A DNA stretch of 37,217 nt. Origin: a virus. Position numbers and translations under genes: made by a program. Shown in pieces: positions 15,424 to 20,722 of the stretch. Every line of letters begins with the position of its first letter. Position 1 is the first letter of the stretch. Location of the stretch: UHGV virus genome UHGV-0221952, one strand, 5' to 3'. Under the pieces are notes generated by a model. It was not told the DNA's origin. It made no database searches and saw only the letters and a list, made by a program, of their open reading frames with translations.

Positions 15424-15529
15424 TGAGCTTGTAAACTCATAATACAGCCATTTTAAGAGTTTGTCAACCCTTTCCAAGAAAATTTATTTTGCTTTTTGAG
15501 TTGATAAACTCACAATCATGTGATATAAT
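15424..15529. promoter_or_regulatory. Lysis/lysogeny switch: divergent promoters and three 16-bp operators
   Basis: Lytic promoter (-): TTGACA 15467-15462, 17 bp, TATTAT 15444-15439. cI promoter (+): TTGATA 15501, 17 bp, TG-N-TATAAT 15524. Operators TGAGCTTGTAAACTCA (15424), AGAGTTTGTCAACCCT (15456), TGAGTTGATAAACTCA (15497). Confidence 0.88.
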
Positions 15530-15552
15530 ACATATTGTTAGGAGGTGATAAT

Positions 15553-15933
15553 TTGGAAATGTATGAGAGGATAAAGCTCCTCCGAACCGAACAATTACAT
15601 ATGACACAAACCGAATTTGGAGAAGCTCTCGGAGTAAAACGGGATGTTATAAATAATATTGAAAATAATCGTTTGAAGAATCCGGAAAAGCAAGAACCGA
15701 TTTATAGGTTGATGTGTGAAAAATTCAACGTAAGCGAGGAATGGCTCCGAACTGGAGAAGGCGAGATGTTTGTTCCGTTAACAAAGAATCAGCTAATTAC
15801 AGAATTTGCAGCTGATCTAGTAATGGAAGATAATACATTTAAGAAGCGTCTTTTCGAGGCACTAGCCAAACTTAATGAAAGCGAGTGGGAGGTTCTGGAA
15901 AAGCTGGCTGACAGCTTAATAAAAAAGGACTAG
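15553..15933 (+). CDS. CI-like XRE repressor with no S24 peptidase domain
   Basis: RIKLLR…MTQTEFGEALGVKRDVINNIE…FNVSEEWLRTGEGEMF with a short helical C-terminal domain. RBS AGGAGGT before the TTG start. Confidence 0.92.
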   Translation: MEMYERIKLLRTEQLHMTQTEFGEALGVKRDVINNIENNRLKNPEKQEPIYRLMCEKFNVSEEWLRTGEGEMFVPLTKNQLITEFAADLVMEDNTFKKRLFEALAKLNESEWEVLEKLADSLIKKD

Positions 15934-15943
15934 GGGTCATCCC

Positions 15944-16042
15944 CTAGCCCAGAATCTTTTTGCAGAATCGGAAAACAAGTTCTAACATTTCTGTGTTATT
16001 GGACTTATTGACCAATTCGATGATTAATCGCTTATAATCCAT
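15944..16042 (-). CDS. 32-aa peptide MDYKRLIIELVNKSNNTEMLELVFRFCKKILG, candidate SOS-induced antirepressor
   Basis: RBS GGAGGG; convergent with cI; both stop codons lie in one hairpin CTAGGGG-TCAT-CCCCTAG. Confidence 0.75.
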   Translation of the reverse strand: MDYKRLIIELVNKSNNTEMLELVFRFCKKILG

Positions 16043-16063
16043 TATGTATCCCTCCGCGCTTTT

Positions 16064-16144
16064 CGAACAAACTTTCGAAATTCCTTATTGAAATATTACT
16101 ACACTTCAAAAAATATTTCAATAGATTTTCCGAACATTTGTTCT
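16064..16144 (-). promoter_or_regulatory. SigA promoter flanked by two Gram-positive LexA boxes
   Basis: -35 TTGAAA (16121-16116), 17 bp, -10 TAATAT (16098-16093). Boxes CGAACAAACTTTCG (16064) and CGAACATTTGTTCT (16131). Confidence 0.78.
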
Positions 16145-16222
16145 GTTTTTTAAAGGAAAATTTTTCCTTTCTATATAAGTAAACAAAGCAACATGGGAAA
16201 ACTTATGCGAAACATGGAAATC

Positions 16223-16238
16223 GTCCCAGATCTGGGAC
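16223..16238. promoter_or_regulatory. Perfect 16-bp palindrome, candidate operator
   Basis: GTCCCAGATCTGGGAC, 2 bp after the HTH gene stop. Confidence 0.55.
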
Positions 16239-16240
16239 AC

Positions 16241-16438
16241 TTATTTATATGGGGAATCGATAAGGTCATAAATTCGGATTTTTAAGCCTTTGGCAAGTGC
16301 CTCTAGAATGTCTGCTGTCGGCGATATTTCGTTGTTTGCAATGCGGCTGACAGTCGACTTTGACACACCAGTAAGGATAGCTACTTGCCGGACTGATAGG
16401 TTTTGATTTGCCATGATCTTATCGAGTAATATCTTCAT
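16241..16438 (-). CDS. 65-aa XRE HTH protein, probably leaderless
   Basis: MKILLDKIM…LSVRQVAILTGVSKSTVSRIANNEISPT. TATAAT lies 7 nt before the ATG and there is no SD. Confidence 0.85.
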   Translation of the reverse strand: MKILLDKIMANQNLSVRQVAILTGVSKSTVSRIANNEISPTADILEALAKGLKIRIYDLIDSPYK

Positions 16439-16568
16439 ATCAATAATTATAAAACACAAACTATTGGAGGCATACCGGTAAAAAATGGAAAAAGATATAG
16501 ATGCTTGGGCATTTATATAGATGTGGCGTACCAAAGAAGGAATGCAGGGGAAAGAGAGGAACTTAATA

Positions 16569-17381
16569 ATGAGCAAAAGAAATGCAAACAGCGGCGGATC
16601 GGGGTGTCTAGGATTCTTTGTATTTGTAATATTTATCGCCTTTGCAATGACGATATATTCATATTTTTGGATACCAGCAATTCCAATTATGATATATCTT
16701 GCTAAAAGCAAGAAATTCGCCGAAAAACGTGCGAGAAACGTAACTATATGCGCAGCGGTACTAATTACCTCGCTTATTACTTTTGGCTATCTTAATGCAC
16801 CTACCAAATTAAGTGGCATAGAAGTTACGTGGGGGAACACGGAAGCCACTGTCGGAGATACGATTGAGCTTGAAGTCGCAGCTATTCCAAGTGATGCAAA
16901 ACTCAAAGATGTAGAAATGCCAAAAAGTGATTTGGTTGATTTCAAATTCAGAGATGGGAAGGCAGTGCTTACTTTTGAAAATCCTGGGGAAACAGAAATT
17001 TGGTTTACTGCCGGGAAAGATATTAAGAGTGAAAAGAAGAAATTTACAGTTATAAGCAAAGAAGAGAAAGCACAGAGAGAAGCTGCTAAATTAGCAGAAA
17101 AGCAAGCACAAGAAGAAGCAGAGAAACAAGCTGAGTTGCAGGCGCAACAAGAAGCGGCATTAGCGGAACAAGAACGAATCGCGCAAGAGCAGGCTGCTGC
17201 ACAAGCAGCACAAGAACAGGCTGCACAGCAAAGCCAAGAAGATCCTATTGTATATGTAACAAATACCGGCGCTAAATATCATAGAGCCGGATGCAGAACT
17301 TTAAAATCACAAATAGAAAAACATTTGTCCGAGGTTCGCGGTTACTACGAACCTTGCGGAATTTGTAACCCTCCGCAATAA
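16569..17381 (+). CDS. Membrane-anchored surface protein (TMs, Ig-like domain, coiled coil, C-terminal Cys/His metal-binding domain); superinfection-exclusion candidate
   Basis: N-terminal TMs, A/Q/E-rich stalk, VYVTNTGAKYH…C…YEPCGIC. Located between cI and int. Confidence 0.75.
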   Translation: MSKRNANSGGSGCLGFFVFVIFIAFAMTIYSYFWIPAIPIMIYLAKSKKFAEKRARNVTICAAVLITSLITFGYLNAPTKLSGIEVTWGNTEATVGDTIELEVAAIPSDAKLKDVEMPKSDLVDFKFRDGKAVLTFENPGETEIWFTAGKDIKSEKKKFTVISKEEKAQREAAKLAEKQAQEEAEKQAELQAQQEAALAEQERIAQEQAAAQAAQEQAAQQSQEDPIVYVTNTGAKYHRAGCRTLKSQIEKHLSEVRGYYEPCGICNPPQ

Positions 17382-17387
17382 ATAACG

Positions 17388-17524
17388 AAAAACCGCCCAG
17401 TGTTACCAGCACTGAACGGCTTAATATACACCCGAAGATGTACGAAATGATTGCAAATATATTGTATCATCTTCGGACAGCTATCGCAATCGGAACATGT
17501 ATTCGATGGCTGTTATTTTTATAC
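17388..17524. promoter_or_regulatory. Structured integrase leader with antisense promoter and LexA-like box
   Basis: Hairpins at 17393-17419, CCGAAGATG/CATCTTCGG, and ACAGCTATCG/CGATGGCTGT plus T tract. Minus-strand TTGCGA-17-TACAAT; GAACATGTATTC at 17493. Confidence 0.6.
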
Positions 17525-17560
17525 TTATTTTTAATATAATTAACGAAGGAGTGATATAAA

Positions 17561-18958
17561 ATGCCTGAAAAAATTTTGAGATGTGCTATCTATATCCGTG
17601 TATCTACCTTCGAGCAAAGTGTACATGGAAAATCCCTACAAGCGCAAAAAGAATATTTAGAGCACTATGCCAAAGAACATAACATGTCTGTCGTTGGAGT
17701 GTATGCAGACGAGGGAAAAACCGCACGAAAGGAACTTAAGAAACGAAAAGCTATCCATGCTCTGATAGAGGATGTAAAGCAGGAGAAAATTGATGTGATT
17801 CTCTTCTGGAGACTCGACCGTTGGTTTCGTAGTTTAGCAGACTTCTATAAGGTGCAGGACGTTCTTGACGAATATGGTGTGCGGTGGATCTCCGCGTCTG
17901 AACCCGGAATTAACATGGAGACTCGTGATGGCAGGCTACAATTAAATGTCGTACTATCGTTTGGACAAAATGAAGTTGACACAACCTCCGAACGTATTAA
18001 ATTTGTAAACGAAGCGTCTATCAAGAATGGACGTCTGATTTTCGGCGAAGCAAATATGCCATTCGGCTACAAATCTGGTGTAGTTGATGGAAAAAAATGC
18101 ATGATTAAAGATCCTGAAACGGAACGCATGGTAATAGACTTCTTTCGGCATTATAAAAAACATCAGGGAAAACAAGATGTGCTGAAATACATGCAGCGCA
18201 CTTATGGAATCTATTTTTCTTATGCTATGCTTAAAACTATGCTTTCTAGCGAATTTTATAAAGGTACATATCGAGGATATCCCTACTGTCCTGCGTATCT
18301 TACAGAAAAAGAATGGAATGAAATCCAAGAAATCTCCGTCCGTAATGTAAAGCGGGCACCATCAGGTCGAGTATATCTATTTACAAGTCTAATGCGCTGC
18401 CCTTCGTGCGGTCAGAAATTGGTCGGAACCGGATGCTCATCAATTTCAAACCGCAAAACCGGTAAAAAGCGTACCTACTGCTATTACCGCTGCAACAAAG
18501 CTTTAGCCGACCATCTTTGTCCGAACAGACACCGCGTAAGTCAGAACCTTATCGAACAATATTTGCTCGAGAACTTATCTAGTGAATATGAAAAATATAA
18601 AATAAGAAGCAATAAAATTAATGAGGAGAAAAAGAAAGTTCGCAAAGCAAAAAATCCTGCACAGCTGAGTAAGGAGATGGAAAGACTTAATTTGCTATTC
18701 CAAAAGGGAAGAATATCTTTCGATTATTACGATGAAGAATACCAGCGATTAGAAGAGGAACTCGCTTTCGCTGCCTCTGATCCTTCACTTGAAGAACCGA
18801 AACGCAATTATTCTGAGCTAGAAAAGCTTCTGCGGACAGACTTTAAAGAAATGTATGATTCTTTATCACTTGAGAATCGTAGGGCATTTTGGCGGTCCAT
18901 AATAAAACAGATACACCTTAATGATGATTGCACAATAAAAGAGGTAGATTTTTTGTAA
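17561..18958 (+). CDS. int: Large serine recombinase (integrase)
   Basis: AIYIRVST catalytic Ser, WRLDRWFRS, recombinase domain PFGY, Zn ribbon CPSCG…YYRC…C, coiled coil. Confidence 0.96.
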   Translation: MPEKILRCAIYIRVSTFEQSVHGKSLQAQKEYLEHYAKEHNMSVVGVYADEGKTARKELKKRKAIHALIEDVKQEKIDVILFWRLDRWFRSLADFYKVQDVLDEYGVRWISASEPGINMETRDGRLQLNVVLSFGQNEVDTTSERIKFVNEASIKNGRLIFGEANMPFGYKSGVVDGKKCMIKDPETERMVIDFFRHYKKHQGKQDVLKYMQRTYGIYFSYAMLKTMLSSEFYKGTYRGYPYCPAYLTEKEWNEIQEISVRNVKRAPSGRVYLFTSLMRCPSCGQKLVGTGCSSISNRKTGKKRTYCYYRCNKALADHLCPNRHRVSQNLIEQYLLENLSSEYEKYKIRSNKINEEKKKVRKAKNPAQLSKEMERLNLLFQKGRISFDYYDEEYQRLEEELAFAASDPSLEEPKRNYSELEKLLRTDFKEMYDSLSLENRRAFWRSIIKQIHLNDDCTIKEVDFL

Positions 18959-18959
18959 A

Positions 18960-19015
18960 TTATTTTGTACTAATTATATTGCCCCATTTGGGGTTACATA
19001 CTTAGTACAAAATAA
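18960..19015. other. attP of the serine integrase; predicted crossover dinucleotide TT at 18987-18988
   Basis: TTATTTTGTACTAA-N8-CCCC-A-TT-T-GGGG-N8-TTAGTACAAAATAA. Exactly symmetric, starting 2 bp after the int stop. Confidence 0.85.
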
Positions 19016-19024
19016 ATTTAAACT

Positions 19025-19042
19025 AAGATGATACAATATATT
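19025..19042. repeat. 18-bp perfect inverted copy of 17456-17473
   Basis: AAGATGATACAATATATT versus AATATATTGTATCATCTT. Confidence 0.95.
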
Positions 19043-19049
19043 CTTTTTC

Positions 19050-19086
19050 ATCCTTCCCTCATTGTGAAGGGAGGATATTTTTATAC
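19050..19086 (+). terminator. Terminator for the int/attP read-through transcript
   Basis: ATCCTTCC…GGGAGGAT followed by ATTTTTAT; T tract only on the + strand. Confidence 0.6.
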
Positions 19087-19986
19087 CAATCTAAGCTCAA
19101 TCGCTTCGATTTTCTTGTTCATGCCGACCGTTCCAATCATGCCAGATGTCCAACGAGTCCAACCAATGTCCTGAATGTGTACTCTGATCTGCAGCTTCTT
19201 TCCTTTCAAGCCCTCGGTGATCAGCTCGATCGCTTCCATCTGCAAACCTTTCCCGGTTGTACCGATGACTGTATCATGTTTGATGTATCCAAAATCCTTA
19301 AGCCCAATATTTTGGATATGAGCACGAGCCTTGATCTTAAAGTTCAGTTTCCGCATGTCAATCTTGATTGCTTCCAGCGCTCGATTTTGTCCCACAGTTC
19401 CGGCAGTACCTCCGTTTACTGCGTCCATCCAGCCTTTGCCAGATACATGCGCTTGATACCATAGAGGAGTTTTTGGCTTTGGCGGCTCTGATGGCTTCGC
19501 CGTCTGTTGTTTGACATGAGACTTGATTCTCTCGATAAAATATGCTTTCGTTGACTTCATGCCTCCGTGAATCTCTACTGATCTATGAGGGCAACTTGTT
19601 GCGTACACTTCTTGGTGTAATCTGATTGTGTTCTCGTTCGGCGTAATTCCATACTGGATACATTTGCTTGCAACCAGCTGAAAAGCTTTCTCTTCGTTAT
19701 GTTTAAATACGTCTAAATCCCCCATGCTCTGACATACTTCTACGCTTAAATAGTTTAAATTTCCATCTAAGTTCCCGCAATGCCATGCGCAATTTGAATC
19801 ATCTTCCGACTGCAAAATACCATCCTGCGCCACATAATAATGCGCGAAACCATTTTCCAAAGGATGTGTTTGCAGCCAATTCCGATAAAATGCCGCATTC
19901 GCATTTTGACTTCCGGCATCGTTGTGGATGAAAATTCCGATTGGATTTCTTCCTCTATTTCCTGCTACTCCATTACAAATACTCAT
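19081..19986 (-). CDS. Endolysin: Amidase_2 plus clostridial hydrophobic W (ChW)-like repeats
   Basis: IFIHNDA, AHYY, AWHCG, EVCQS, LHQE…TSCP; repeats AHVSGKGW / AHIQNIG / VHIQDIGW…GT.G…EAI. Confidence 0.92.
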   Translation of the reverse strand: MSICNGVAGNRGRNPIGIFIHNDAGSQNANAAFYRNWLQTHPLENGFAHYYVAQDGILQSEDDSNCAWHCGNLDGNLNYLSVEVCQSMGDLDVFKHNEEKAFQLVASKCIQYGITPNENTIRLHQEVYATSCPHRSVEIHGGMKSTKAYFIERIKSHVKQQTAKPSEPPKPKTPLWYQAHVSGKGWMDAVNGGTAGTVGQNRALEAIKIDMRKLNFKIKARAHIQNIGLKDFGYIKHDTVIGTTGKGLQMEAIELITEGLKGKKLQIRVHIQDIGWTRWTSGMIGTVGMNKKIEAIELRLV

Positions 19987-20010
19987 ATCTCTTCCTCCTT
20001 CGAACACAAC

Positions 20011-20035
20011 AAAAGAGAGTCCGAAGACTCCCTTT
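20011..20035 (-). terminator. Terminator-like UUCG hairpin between holin and endolysin
   Basis: GGGAGTC-TTCG-GACTCTC-TTTT. Confidence 0.65.
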
Positions 20036-20047
20036 ACTTTTTGTTAT

Positions 20048-20341
20048 TTATTCATTTTTTCCAAGCTGTTTAATTGTCTGATTGATGTATGTACTCAGAC
20101 CTGCCACCAAAATGCCTTGCACAATCGCTGTAAATACTGCCATCGCAATCTCCTGCCCGGTGCTGATCGGACATGTAGCCAATACCCACACGGCACACAA
20201 CACAATCCCTGCGCCGCCTAAAATAAGTGGGATGTACTTATCCTTTACCGCCTGCGCGCTTTTTAATCCCATTCCGATAAAATACAACACTACTGCTACC
20301 ACCAGCAGCTCCGGCTTTACATAATTCGTAATTTGTTCCAT
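20048..20341 (-). CDS. Holin (3 TM)
   Basis: YVKPELLVVAVVLYFIGMGLK…KDKYIPLIL…AIVQGILVAGLS. Confidence 0.9.
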   Translation of the reverse strand: MEQITNYVKPELLVVAVVLYFIGMGLKSAQAVKDKYIPLILGGAGIVLCAVWVLATCPISTGQEIAMAVFTAIVQGILVAGLSTYINQTIKQLGKNE

Positions 20342-20353
20342 CCTTTCTACCTC

Positions 20354-20647
20354 CTAACCTCTAATTGGCAATTCTTTTACTTCTTCGAGTAGCTGTGTAG
20401 CCACTCCGTTTCCGCCGAGATCGTGATATGAATCATACATCTCAATAAAATTTTCAAGCCCATGTTTTGTTACATAGCCTCTTGCAATCCACTTCTCGTG
20501 GTACTCAATCATCTGAACTCTGAGCAAAAGCATCGTTCCTTTGCTATTTGCATCTCGGTCTTTCTTTTGATTTTTAAGCAGCCATACAACGTACCCTAGA
20601 ATTATCGGAAGTACAATAGTATATGTCTGCATGATAAAAGTTTCCAT
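20354..20647 (-). CDS. Lysis-module membrane protein (N-terminal TM)
   Basis: TM followed by LLLRVQMIEYH…YHDLGGNG; precedes the holin. Confidence 0.75.
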   Translation of the reverse strand: METFIMQTYTIVLPIILGYVVWLLKNQKKDRDANSKGTMLLLRVQMIEYHEKWIARGYVTKHGLENFIEMYDSYHDLGGNGVATQLLEEVKELPIRG

Positions 20648-20688
20648 AAAATTCTCCTAATTTATAATATTGCATAAAAATAAGACCA

Positions 20689-20712
20689 TTACGGTCTTGC
20701 TCTAATCTCCAT
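20689..20712 (-). CDS. 7-codon uORF MEIRARP overlapping a terminator hairpin
   Basis: RBS TAGGAGGAG-AATA-ATG. The last codons and stop form the stem-loop AAGACC-GTAAT-GGTCTT followed by ATTTTT. Confidence 0.6.
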   Translation of the reverse strand: MEIRARP

Positions 20713-20722
20713 TATTCTCCTC

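Noticed and set aside
16439..16711. 91-aa N-terminal extension of the HTH ORF (track 16241-16711)
   Set aside because: It is antisense to the membrane-protein gene. The HTH domain begins at ATG 16438 just after a -10 box.
17456..19042. IS or transposon defined by the 18-bp inverted repeats
   Set aside because: The enclosed gene is the phage's only integrase with its attP. There is no transposase and no flanking target duplication. Kept instead as a regulatory finding.
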